Shown piece after piece: positions 39,000 to 46,890 of a stretch of 46,890 bases of DNA. Numbering within the stretch: position 1 is the stretch's first letter; every line of letters begins with the position of its first letter. The position numbers and the translations under genes were made by a program. The stretch is from Nitrospinota bacterium (lineage in GTDB: Bacteria > UBA8248), in contig JASLZZ010000038.1 in assembly GCA_030754595.1 (NCBI GenBank), positions 1-46,890 of the forward strand, in the 5' to 3' direction. The notes beneath the pieces are model-generated. The model was not told the DNA's origin. It worked only from the letters and a program-made list of their open reading frames with translations, and did no database searches.

Positions 39000-39620
39000 A
39001 TGGAGCAATCAACCCCGGAGGTTCCCGCCGATAAAAACAAATCCGGCGAAACCGGATGGGCCGAAATCGCCGCCAAGATATTTTCCAGCGGCGGGAAGGG
39101 CGGCCTCTCGCTGCCTAACTGGCTGACGCTGACACGCATTCTCATGCTGCCCCTTCTGGTCCTTTTTTTGCTTCAGCGCTCTCCACAATCGCGGGGAATC
39201 GCGGTGGTGATATTCTCGCTTGCCGCCATATCGGACTGGATGGACGGCCATCTGGCCAGAAAGCATGGCCAGATTACACCGCTGGGTGAACTGCTCGACC
39301 CGGTTGCGGACAAACTTCTTATCATGGCCGCCCTCCTCCCCCTGGTCGCCATCGGGAAGGTGGACGCCTGGATTGTCGCAGTGATCCTCGGGCGCGAATT
39401 TCTGGTGACGGCGATGCGGGCCGTTGCGCTTCGCCAGGGGCTGATCGTGACCTCCGGCCCCATCGGCAAGACCAAGATGGGCCTTGAGATAGCGGCGATT
39501 ATCTTTTTAATCATGGATATTATCCCACTGGCCGGAACGATTCTCATCTGGGCCGCGATGATTGCCGCGGTGGTTTCCGCCATCGACTACTTCCGCAAGA
39601 TTGCACGGGAACTGGCTTGA
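39000..39620 (+). CDS. pgsA: CDP-diacylglycerol--glycerol-3-phosphate 3-phosphatidyltransferase
   Basis: LPN.LT..RI, DW.DG.LAR....T..G..LDP.ADK, RE..VT..R, GK.K. Confidence 0.93.
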   Translation: MEQSTPEVPADKNKSGETGWAEIAAKIFSSGGKGGLSLPNWLTLTRILMLPLLVLFLLQRSPQSRGIAVVIFSLAAISDWMDGHLARKHGQITPLGELLDPVADKLLIMAALLPLVAIGKVDAWIVAVILGREFLVTAMRAVALRQGLIVTSGPIGKTKMGLEIAAIIFLIMDIIPLAGTILIWAAMIAAVVSAIDYFRKIARELA

Positions 39621-40228
39621 CGATAATCATCGCCGGCATATTTCTTTTCTCGGGTCTCCTCGGAGCCATCCCCTTCGGGCTGATTGTCACCAGGGCCTTG
39701 GGCCTCGTGGACCCTCGCAGTTCAGGGAGCGGCAATATCGGGGCCACCAATGTCCTCAGAACAAGCGGATGGACCCCCGGGCTCATCACACTCGCCGGCG
39801 ACGTTTTCAAGGGGGTGGCAGCCGTCGCCTTTGTTCCGGGCTGGCTTAACGCCCCGGCCCACGAGCCCCTCGCCGGAGGGGCGGCGGCGATTGGGGCGGT
39901 CCTGGGTCATATGTACTCGCCCTTCACCGGCTTTCGCGGGGGAAAGGGGGTGGCCACCGGCCTTGGGGTGTTCGCCCTGCTGATGCCCGGTCCGGCGGGC
40001 TGGGCGGCCGTGGTTTTCCTGGTGGCGGCTGGGGCGACGAAATTCGTATCGCTCGGCTCCATACTGGCGACGCTGACGGTTCCCCTGGCTGGATATTTAA
40101 TGGGCTACCCCGCCGAAACGGCGGCCGCCTCGGCGGCGATCTCCGCCTTGGTCATCTGGCGGCACAAGGATAATATCGGACGCTTGATTCGCGGCGAGGA
40201 AAACCGCTTCGGCTCAAAAGGCAACTAA
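39617..40228 (+). CDS. plsY: Glycerol-3-phosphate acyltransferase PlsY
   Basis: GSGNIGATNV.R, D..KG, GH.Y..F.GF.GGKGVAT, H..NI.RL..G.E. Confidence 0.95.
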   Translation: MTIIIAGIFLFSGLLGAIPFGLIVTRALGLVDPRSSGSGNIGATNVLRTSGWTPGLITLAGDVFKGVAAVAFVPGWLNAPAHEPLAGGAAAIGAVLGHMYSPFTGFRGGKGVATGLGVFALLMPGPAGWAAVVFLVAAGATKFVSLGSILATLTVPLAGYLMGYPAETAAASAAISALVIWRHKDNIGRLIRGEENRFGSKGN

Positions 40229-40280
40229 ACTATCCTTCGGTGAATCCCTTCGGCGGCTATCGCCCGCGCGCCGATTTTGA

Positions 40281-40655
40281 TTGGACGTAAACATGGTCAC
40301 CGGTTGCGCCCCCATATTCATCCTCGGCCTCCTCGGGGTATCCCTGGGAAGCTGGTTCTTCGGTACACACATCGCGGCCAGGCTCACCGGCCTTATCCTC
40401 CTCGAGGGATTTCTTCTCTATTTCGCCCTTCTCAACTGGACAGCCCAATCCAACCAGCGCCGCTCGATAAACAGCGGAAGCGAGGCCGCTGACACCGGTC
40501 AGGACGGCTCCCCGGCCGGGGAGAGCGATCAAGCCCCCTTCACGGACGAAGACCGCGCGGAGTGGGTCCTCTACCTCGAAACCGAGGGCAGGATTCTTTG
40601 GACGGGTGTGGTCTTTTTGGCGCTGGTGGGGGCGGCCCTGCTCTTGAAAAACTAG
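40281..40655 (+). CDS. Hypothetical membrane protein (about 3 TM)
   Basis: Co-oriented with plsY and fills the gap; hydrophobic segments with an acidic loop. Start is 40281 or 40293. Confidence 0.55.
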   Translation: MDVNMVTGCAPIFILGLLGVSLGSWFFGTHIAARLTGLILLEGFLLYFALLNWTAQSNQRRSINSGSEAADTGQDGSPAGESDQAPFTDEDRAEWVLYLETEGRILWTGVVFLALVGAALLLKN

Positions 40656-40656
40656 G

Positions 40657-41478
40657 CTAGGCGCTGCCCGGCGCTTTGCCTCGGGCCCCAAGCCACAACT
40701 CCATGAACCTTAGAAGCTCTTCAGGCGGGCGCAACCAGAGGCGCGCGGCCGTCTCGCGCCACTCCGGGCGAACCAGGACAGGAAGCCCCCTTTCGCCCAG
40801 CGCCCTAAAAGCGTCCTCATCCGTCTCGTCATCGCCCAGATAGGCGGCGGGAGCGCCTGTGGGGAGCCCGCCAAGCATGGCCTCAACCGCGTCCGCCTTC
40901 GAGCGGCCCGGTGCACGCAACTCAAGCCCCCCGTCAAAAACATGGAGCGCGAGGGTAGCCCTCTCCATCATGGGCTCCCACAGCGCGCGGACCCCCATTA
41001 AAGACTCCGCTGCTATCTCTTCTCGCACGCCCCGAACATGAAACGCCACGGAAAAAGGTTTTTCCTCCACTCTACCGTCCAGGCCGGCCGACCGGACGGC
41101 ATCAAGGGCTCGGGCCAATCCCGCCTGCTGCGCTTCGGTGGGTTCCGCGCGTCGCACCTCGCCCCCCGGATGGCGGCGCTCCCGCCCGTGCGACGCCCAT
41201 ATTTCAGGAAGGGGACTTAATTTGAGCAGGGGCAGGATGGATTCAAGGCTGCGACCGGTCACGATAGCCAGGCGCGTCCTTGCGCTCGCCATTAAATCGC
41301 GGAGCAGCGTCTCTACCCCCGGATAGGGCTCGGCCTCGGCCGGGTCCGGGCAAAACGGGGCGAGGGTCCCATCGTAGTCGAGAAGCAAAAGCGCAGAAGG
41401 GGCGGACCCGAACAGACCGAAAAAACGGGTCGCCTCATCCCCGTCCAACCCGGAGACAATCGGCCCCTCCGGGCTCAC
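40657..41478 (-). CDS. otsB: Trehalose-6-phosphate phosphatase (HAD IIB)
   Basis: LLLDYDGTLAPF, AIVTGR, SHGRE, E.K..S.A.H.R, ELR....K..AV, YLGDD.TDEDAF. Confidence 0.9.
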   Translation of the reverse strand: MSPEGPIVSGLDGDEATRFFGLFGSAPSALLLLDYDGTLAPFCPDPAEAEPYPGVETLLRDLMASARTRLAIVTGRSLESILPLLKLSPLPEIWASHGRERRHPGGEVRRAEPTEAQQAGLARALDAVRSAGLDGRVEEKPFSVAFHVRGVREEIAAESLMGVRALWEPMMERATLALHVFDGGLELRAPGRSKADAVEAMLGGLPTGAPAAYLGDDETDEDAFRALGERGLPVLVRPEWRETAARLWLRPPEELLRFMELWLGARGKAPGSA

Positions 41479-42716
41479 AAGTCGATCACCCGTCGAGAAT
41501 TCCCCCGGTCCATGGTCACCATCAAAGTCAAATATTCGCGGAGATGGCGGGTCAGCAGGAAATTGTCCCGGACGAAAACATGCGCGGTTCCGCCCATGCG
41601 GTTGCGCAGCTTGGGATGCTCCAAGAGATAGCGAATCCGCATCGCCGCTCCCTCGGGCGAATTCACCAGAAAACCCGTTTGAAAATTATAGACCTGAAGG
41701 CAGATTCCGCCAACGTTTCCGCCGATGACGGGCTTGGCCTTCCACATCCCCTCGGTCACGGTAAGGCCGAAACCCTCGCGGGTGGATTTTTGGATGATGA
41801 CGTTCGACGCCCGCTGGAGGGCGTTGATCTTGCGGTGCGCGTCGGGGGGCAGATCGAGAATGTGGATATCCGGGTCTCCGCCCGCCGCTTCTTTCACCTC
41901 GGCCAGAACCGCCGCCCCCTCGGGGTCGTCCGCCGCACCGCCTCCGGCCAGGACAAGCTGCGGCTTGGGTTGAGTATTGATCAGGGAGTAGGCGCTGATT
42001 ACACCGACCGGGTCCTTGAAACGGTCGAAGCGCGAGACCTGGGTCAAAATGGGGCGCTCGGGGTCGAGTTCAAACTCCCCGATGACGCCCTCGACCTCCG
42101 ACTCGGGGAGCGACATGTTTTTCTCGCTTAGGGGATTGATGCTCGGAGCGATCAAATACTGAGGATGATTCAGCGAACGCGCGAACTGAGGCATCGAGAA
42201 AATACTGGCGTCGTACCCTTCGACCTTGGACTCGAGGTATTTCCAGACGGGGCGGAACGGACGGCTGGCGTCGATATGACAGCGCCAAACCCAGGTGCCC
42301 TTCCGGTTCGGACACAATCCCAGAAGGCCCGCCGGCTGGGGATCGTGGATAAAAACGAAATCGGCCTCCTCGAGCTTTTCCCTCAACTCCTCGGCGTTAT
42401 TGTCCTGCACCTCCTCGTAGGCCCGCTTATCGTCCTCGTCGAAATCCTCGTGGAATCCCTGGAGCGCGTTGTGGATTTTCTTCGTAGCCGTGAAAAACGG
42501 ACCCTCCCCCTCGAGCACCTCCCACGAGGCAATCAGGCCCGAATCGTTCATCAGAGCGATCAACCATTCGAGGATCTCGGCCACCCCGCCGCCGTAGCGT
42601 GTCGAATTGACATGGACGACCGAGCGACCGGCGAGCGGCTCGGCAAGGCGCCGGAGCTGCGAAATGCTCTCCTCGCCCACAACGTTTTTATAATCATCGA
42701 GAATCGGGGCGCTCAT
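41475..42716 (-). CDS. treT: TreT-like trehalose synthase (GT4 glycosyltransferase)
   Basis: HVNST.YGGGVAEIL, TK..HNALQG, IHDPQP, WRCHID, PSI.PLS.KN, QVSRFD.FKDP.GVI, DDPEG, QKS.REGFGLTV.E..WK. Confidence 0.88.
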   Translation of the reverse strand: MSAPILDDYKNVVGEESISQLRRLAEPLAGRSVVHVNSTRYGGGVAEILEWLIALMNDSGLIASWEVLEGEGPFFTATKKIHNALQGFHEDFDEDDKRAYEEVQDNNAEELREKLEEADFVFIHDPQPAGLLGLCPNRKGTWVWRCHIDASRPFRPVWKYLESKVEGYDASIFSMPQFARSLNHPQYLIAPSINPLSEKNMSLPESEVEGVIGEFELDPERPILTQVSRFDRFKDPVGVISAYSLINTQPKPQLVLAGGGAADDPEGAAVLAEVKEAAGGDPDIHILDLPPDAHRKINALQRASNVIIQKSTREGFGLTVTEGMWKAKPVIGGNVGGICLQVYNFQTGFLVNSPEGAAMRIRYLLEHPKLRNRMGGTAHVFVRDNFLLTRHLREYLTLMVTMDRGNSRRVIDL

Positions 42717-43387
42717 ACCTCGGTTGCTCCTTCTCCCAGTATTCGGTGGGCGCGGTGAAGCAATTCCTGGCGCAGGGCCCTGAGCGTGTAGTGCTGAAAA
42801 TCAACCCGCTCGAAAGCGTCCGCGAGGCTCTCGCCCACTGTCCCGCCGGTTCGGAGCCAGGAGAAGATATCGCTATTTCGGTTTCCGATTTTCGTCCGGG
42901 TCTCGATAAAATTATAATAGATGCTGGGCCGGGTCATGCGCCTGAGCGCCCACATGATGTCCTCGGGCTTATCGAGCGTCATCTCGGTATCAAAGCAGAG
43001 CATGGATGAGCGCATGAAGTAGAATCCGTGGTCGGGTTCGGCCATGGAAATATGGTCAATCTCCGCGAGGCGATCATCAATCGTATCGTGAAGGGCGGCG
43101 CGCAGTTCCTCGACCGACCCAGAGGCGCCCGGATCGATGATTCCCAACCGCTCGGCCAGGATATCGTCTCTAATAACGCGGTAGGCCCAGGTTGCGAAAT
43201 CGTTCGTGAATTCGGGATCGTCGAAAGTCGGACGAAGCTGGGTTTCGCAAAAATGATGGTAAATGCTTTCGGCGGAACAATGCTCGGACCTATCCCTGAG
43301 CTCGCGGAGATTGATGGCCGAGGGCTGCCCATCAATTTGCACGATGAGCGCGCACGCTTTGATTTCGAAGGAATTCACAGGGGTCAT
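42713..43387 (-). CDS. DUF5752-family protein (usual treT neighbour)
   Basis: Two internal repeats, SIYHHF..NDFA.W..LAERL..IDP and SIYYNF..W..LA; coupled to treT. Start moved to ATG 43387. Confidence 0.8.
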   Translation of the reverse strand: MTPVNSFEIKACALIVQIDGQPSAINLRELRDRSEHCSAESIYHHFCETQLRPTFDDPEFTNDFATWAYRVIRDDILAERLGIIDPGASGSVEELRAALHDTIDDRLAEIDHISMAEPDHGFYFMRSSMLCFDTEMTLDKPEDIMWALRRMTRPSIYYNFIETRTKIGNRNSDIFSWLRTGGTVGESLADAFERVDFQHYTLRALRQELLHRAHRILGEGATEV

Positions 43388-43632
43388 CTTATTTTTTTCC
43401 AGCATTCTGAAAAAGGTTGCAATAAACAAAAAAAACAATGCGTTACAAAGACTTCTTTCATGCGAAAGATGCCATACACTGCCGGGATGGTCAATTAAGA
43501 TCGAGGAGGTCTTTTTTCATCAAGGCGAAAGGATTCGACCTACTTCCCGGGCCCAATGGACCTGAGCGGCCCAATAGTGTACATACCAAACAGTCCCTGG
43601 ACGTATCCTCGATAAGGAAACTGATTGACCAG

Positions 43633-45945
43633 ATGACACGTTTCGTACCCAACCCGGCCTATCGACCCGGACCTCGTTTTCGTCTCGTCATTTTTCTTTT
43701 GGGGGCGGCTCTCGCCTTCTCCGCGTTGACGCATCCTTCACCCGCCTTCGGCGCCCCGCCCCCGCCCCTGCCCGCGGCCGGCGATACAAAAGCAGGCGCC
43801 TCGAAAGAAAACCTCAGGGCATTAATCGAAAAAATCGAATCGCCCGAGCAGCGGACGGCCTTTCTGGCGGACCTCAGGCTCCTCCTCGAAACGCTCGAAA
43901 CGAAAAAAAAAGGGACCGGTTCCGGCTCCTCATCCATCAATCATATCTATGCGGGACTCATTCAAAGGCTGGATGACATCCTGATTCAAAGGTTTCAGGC
44001 CTTTCGCGGCCTGCCCCAAAAATTAGGGAGAGTCGCCGAGAAGTGGCGAAACGTGTCGGGCGAGAGCTCGCTCCTGTGGGGAATGGCGCGCTTCCTGGTG
44101 GCGATTTTCTTGGCTCTGATCTTTCTGGTCGCAGTCCGGCGCGTAATCCGCAACTATTTTCCGCCCGCGAAGCAAGGAAACGGGGCCTCTCTAACTGATT
44201 GCATCGGTGAGGCTATCAGGAATTGGATCGAGCGGGTACTACCCTCGGCCGTCCTTCTCCTGGCGGGTTCGATGATCGTCATCCTGTTCGGGCTTGGCCG
44301 GATCGAAGAGGGGCTGCTCCTGATATTCGTTTGGTCCATTTTTCTGGAACGGGTAACCACGGGTATCATCCGGGCCATCTTCGCCCCACTCCGGCCCGGA
44401 TTTCGGATTTTCCCGGTCTCCGACGAAACTTCGGGCCTGATCTCCGTCTGGGGCCCCCGGTTCGTGATGGTCGCCGTCTGGGGCGAGGCCATCGCACAAG
44501 GATCCGAAGTTCTGACCCTCGGGCCCGAGGCGGTTATCGCACTCACAAATATTTACCGCCTTGTCATTCTTCTTCAGGCCCTTTCCCTCGTCCTCCAATA
44601 CCGGGACGGGGTGCGCAGCCTGCTCTCGGCCTCGGAGCCCGGCGATGCCGGCCGAACCGTCAAGACGGCCATCGCCGCCTGGAACATCCTGGTCAGCCGG
44701 TGGCATTTCATCGCCGTTCCTTACCTCATTGTTTTCTTTATGCTTTGGGCAACGGAATCGCGGGATGTCGTCAGGTTTTTAATCTCAGCAACGGGGATGA
44801 CCGCCCTCATCATAGCGGCGACATATATTATCGTGCGCCTGATTCACCTCGCCGCCTCACGTCTTTACTCCGTCGGGGATCGGCTCAAGGCCGTCGTTCC
44901 CGGAATCGAGAGAAGGTCCAACCGCTACACACCCCTCATTACGCGATCGCTCTCCGGTGTTATCTGGGCGATGGCCTTTCTCTTCGTTCTCGACGCCTGG
45001 GGCCTGCCGACAATCGAGGTGCTTTTCTCCGTGGCTGGAGTGAAATTTATCACCTCAGTGGGAGAGATCGTTATCACCATCGGGATTTCGATCCTCTTTA
45101 TCGAGGGGATGCACGTAACCGTCGAATACTTCCTGAACGGGCGCAAGGATGAGGCCGATAACATCATCGAAGCCACCCCTCATCAGAGAACCCTCCTGCC
45201 GTTGGGCTTTTCGGCGTTCAAATGGGTCACCATCGTGGTCGCCGGAATACTCGTCCTCGATAGCTTGGGCGTGAATATCGCCCCGGTCCTGGCGGGAGCC
45301 GGAATCCTCGGCCTCGCCATCGGCTTCGGGGCCCAATCGCTCGTCAAGGACATCATCACCGGTGTATTCATGCTTATCGAAAACAACATCGCCATTGGCG
45401 ACATTGTTCGAGTGAAGGACATCGGCGGAGTCGTCGAAAGCTTCAACCTCCGATCGGTCCGCCTTCGCGACTACAACGGCAATGTTCACGTGATACCGAA
45501 TAGCTCAATCGATGTCGTTACCAATTTCACCAAGGATTTCAGCCGCGCTGTATTCGATATCGGCGTTGCCTACAGGGAAGATGTGGACCGGGTTATCGGC
45601 GTGATTCGACAGGTGGCCGACGAAATGTCCGGGGATCCCGAATGGGGGGAGCAGATACTGGAGCCCGTCGAAATCGCGGGCGTCGAGCGGTTCGACGATT
45701 CGGCGGTCATCATCCGCGGGCGCTTCAAAACCAAGCCGATCAAACAATGGGGAATTCGGCGAGAGTTCAACAGACGGATCAAAAAAGCTTTCGATGAAAA
45801 CGAGATCGAGATCCCCTTCCCGTACCGCACCCTCAACTGGGCGGAAAAATCACCCGAACATCCCGAAGGCAGTCTCAGGCCGCCCGCCCCGCCGAGACCC
45901 TCAGTAGGGGTCGATATTGATTCGGGAGGCGACGACGGTGAATAG
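43633..45945 (+). CDS. Large MscS-family mechanosensitive channel (YbiO-like)
   Basis: Signal peptide, many TMs, LAGAGI.GLAIGFGAQSLVKD...G.F...E, G.VE...LRS..LRD..G..H.IPN, IEIPFP. Start chosen at ATG 43633. Confidence 0.92.
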   Translation: MTRFVPNPAYRPGPRFRLVIFLLGAALAFSALTHPSPAFGAPPPPLPAAGDTKAGASKENLRALIEKIESPEQRTAFLADLRLLLETLETKKKGTGSGSSSINHIYAGLIQRLDDILIQRFQAFRGLPQKLGRVAEKWRNVSGESSLLWGMARFLVAIFLALIFLVAVRRVIRNYFPPAKQGNGASLTDCIGEAIRNWIERVLPSAVLLLAGSMIVILFGLGRIEEGLLLIFVWSIFLERVTTGIIRAIFAPLRPGFRIFPVSDETSGLISVWGPRFVMVAVWGEAIAQGSEVLTLGPEAVIALTNIYRLVILLQALSLVLQYRDGVRSLLSASEPGDAGRTVKTAIAAWNILVSRWHFIAVPYLIVFFMLWATESRDVVRFLISATGMTALIIAATYIIVRLIHLAASRLYSVGDRLKAVVPGIERRSNRYTPLITRSLSGVIWAMAFLFVLDAWGLPTIEVLFSVAGVKFITSVGEIVITIGISILFIEGMHVTVEYFLNGRKDEADNIIEATPHQRTLLPLGFSAFKWVTIVVAGILVLDSLGVNIAPVLAGAGILGLAIGFGAQSLVKDIITGVFMLIENNIAIGDIVRVKDIGGVVESFNLRSVRLRDYNGNVHVIPNSSIDVVTNFTKDFSRAVFDIGVAYREDVDRVIGVIRQVADEMSGDPEWGEQILEPVEIAGVERFDDSAVIIRGRFKTKPIKQWGIRREFNRRIKKAFDENEIEIPFPYRTLNWAEKSPEHPEGSLRPPAPPRPSVGVDIDSGGDDGE

Positions 45946-45947
45946 AA

Positions 45948-46601
45948 TTATCCGGCCATTCGCTCGAGCAGAGCGGCCAACTCGGTGAGATCCCTTACTT
46001 TCTCAGGGCAATTTTCCATCTCGTCTGTGCTCCCGAGCCTGGCGATGAACGGGACGCCCGCCGACTCGGCCGCTTCCCGGTCGGTCGGGTAGTCGCCGAT
46101 AAAAACGATCTCCCCCGGCGCGCAACCCACCCGCCGGGCGATCAACCCCAATGCTTCGGCCTTTCGCATCGGCGCGCCATAGACATCCTTGAAAAAAGAC
46201 GCTAGCCCCCGTTCCCGGACGATGTGATTCAATTCATCCTCGGGCGTCGTTGAGGCGACAAAGAGATCGATCCGCTGGTGGAATTTCTCCAGAAAATCGA
46301 AGGCTCCTGGAACCAGGGGAGCGCTTATCACCCGTTCGAACATCAGGCCGACGTAGCGTTCCTCGAGCGCGTCCACCCGGCCGGGCCCAGGCTCTTCGCG
46401 GAGGATGCTCTCGTAGATTTCCTCGAACTGCCGCCGCCGCGTCACGCCGCCGCGCGACTCCTGATAGGCCAGAATTTTACCGAGATGCCCGGAGAACTCT
46501 TCTTCGAACAGCTGCCGGTAGGATTGCTTCTTGATACCCATCGATTCGATGATGACGCCATCGAAATCGAAAACAATCGCCCGAAAATTCAAAGAGGCCA
46601 T
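45948..46601 (-). CDS. HAD-superfamily hydrolase (subfamily IA)
   Basis: FDFDGV...S motif I, AS.T motif II, Lys motif III, FIGD...D motif IV. Confidence 0.88.
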   Translation of the reverse strand: MASLNFRAIVFDFDGVIIESMGIKKQSYRQLFEEEFSGHLGKILAYQESRGGVTRRRQFEEIYESILREEPGPGRVDALEERYVGLMFERVISAPLVPGAFDFLEKFHQRIDLFVASTTPEDELNHIVRERGLASFFKDVYGAPMRKAEALGLIARRVGCAPGEIVFIGDYPTDREAAESAGVPFIARLGSTDEMENCPEKVRDLTELAALLERMAG

Positions 46602-46686
46602 GAAAAACCGCCGTGCGAGAGGTCATGCCCACCGTTCGGCACTCCCCTCACCGCCCCATGAATGAAAAAAGGAGCGAAAGAATTCC

Positions 46687-46773
46687 TGGTGCCGGAGGGG
46701 GGACTCGAACCCCCAAGTCCTTGCGAACGGTGGATTTTGAGTCCACTGCGTCTACCAATTCCGCCACTCCGGC
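46687..46773 (-). tRNA. tRNA-Leu (anticodon CAA)
   Basis: GCCGGAG acceptor stem, D loop GGAATTGGTAGAC, anticodon arm GTGGA-CTCAAAA-TCCAC, long variable arm, GGTTCGAGTCC T loop, encoded CCA; 87 nt. Confidence 0.97.
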
Positions 46774-46890
46774 CCAAAGATATCAATGATTTAGCCCATT
46801 GTCCCAAGTCACAACAGTGCCACAAATAGACGAATATGTCACATCCGGCGGAAAAATCGACATGAGTTTTCACTCAATTTACACAACAAT

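Noticed and set aside
12540..43632. Long N-terminal extensions in the ORF track (tsaB, lptD, gmhA, purB, purC, purQ, mltD-like, DUF5752, mscS)
   Set aside because: These are longest-ORF artefacts; downstream starts fit the RBS, promoter positions and family N-termini better.
45948..46601. HAD hydrolase as the missing GmhB
   Set aside because: It has a subfamily IA cap and lacks the DRDG, TNQSG and CxCRKP motifs of GmhB.
40657..46773. Genomic island integrated at the tRNA-Leu 3' end
   Set aside because: No integrase gene and no duplicated tRNA 3' end (att site) seen in the window.
1..46890. CRISPR array, prophage, toxin-antitoxin or defence cassette
   Set aside because: No regularly spaced repeats and no cas, phage or defence motifs seen.

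Overview
GC-rich chromosomal window from a diderm (LPS-making) bacterium. Its gene order (atpZ-atpI-atpB-atpE-rex, ilvB-ilvN-psd-pssA, purB-C-S-Q-L-F) resembles Deltaproteobacteria or Nitrospinota; this taxonomy is inference only. About 35 of the 47 kb is core metabolism: lysA/dapF, argH, the F0 half of ATP synthase, rex, tsaB, a doubled acetohydroxyacid synthase (2 large + 2 small subunits), psd/pssA, lptD, ADP-heptose genes, pur genes, an MltD-like transglycosylase, bamD, a sigma-70 family factor, pgsA/plsY and tRNA-Leu(CAA). The first 10 kb carries three separate IS scars. (1) An IS5 right end sits inside a Spy/CpxP-like gene. (2) The left end of a probable IS3-family element replaces part of the catalytic region of a doubly frameshifted TPR/GT41 (O-GlcNAc-transferase-like) pseudogene. 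(3) An internally deleted IS256 with both ends and a target duplication abuts the atp -35 box. The right end holds an osmostress module (DUF5752, TreT-like glycosyltransferase, OtsB, divergent MscS). I found no CRISPR array, prophage or large novel defence system. The best candidates for new biology are a putative branched-chain amino acid leader-peptide attenuator upstream of ilvB, an ATP synthase c subunit with unusual motifs, the TreT+OtsB (no OtsA) module, and an unannotated small membrane peptide. All family calls come from motif recognition by eye, not from database searches.
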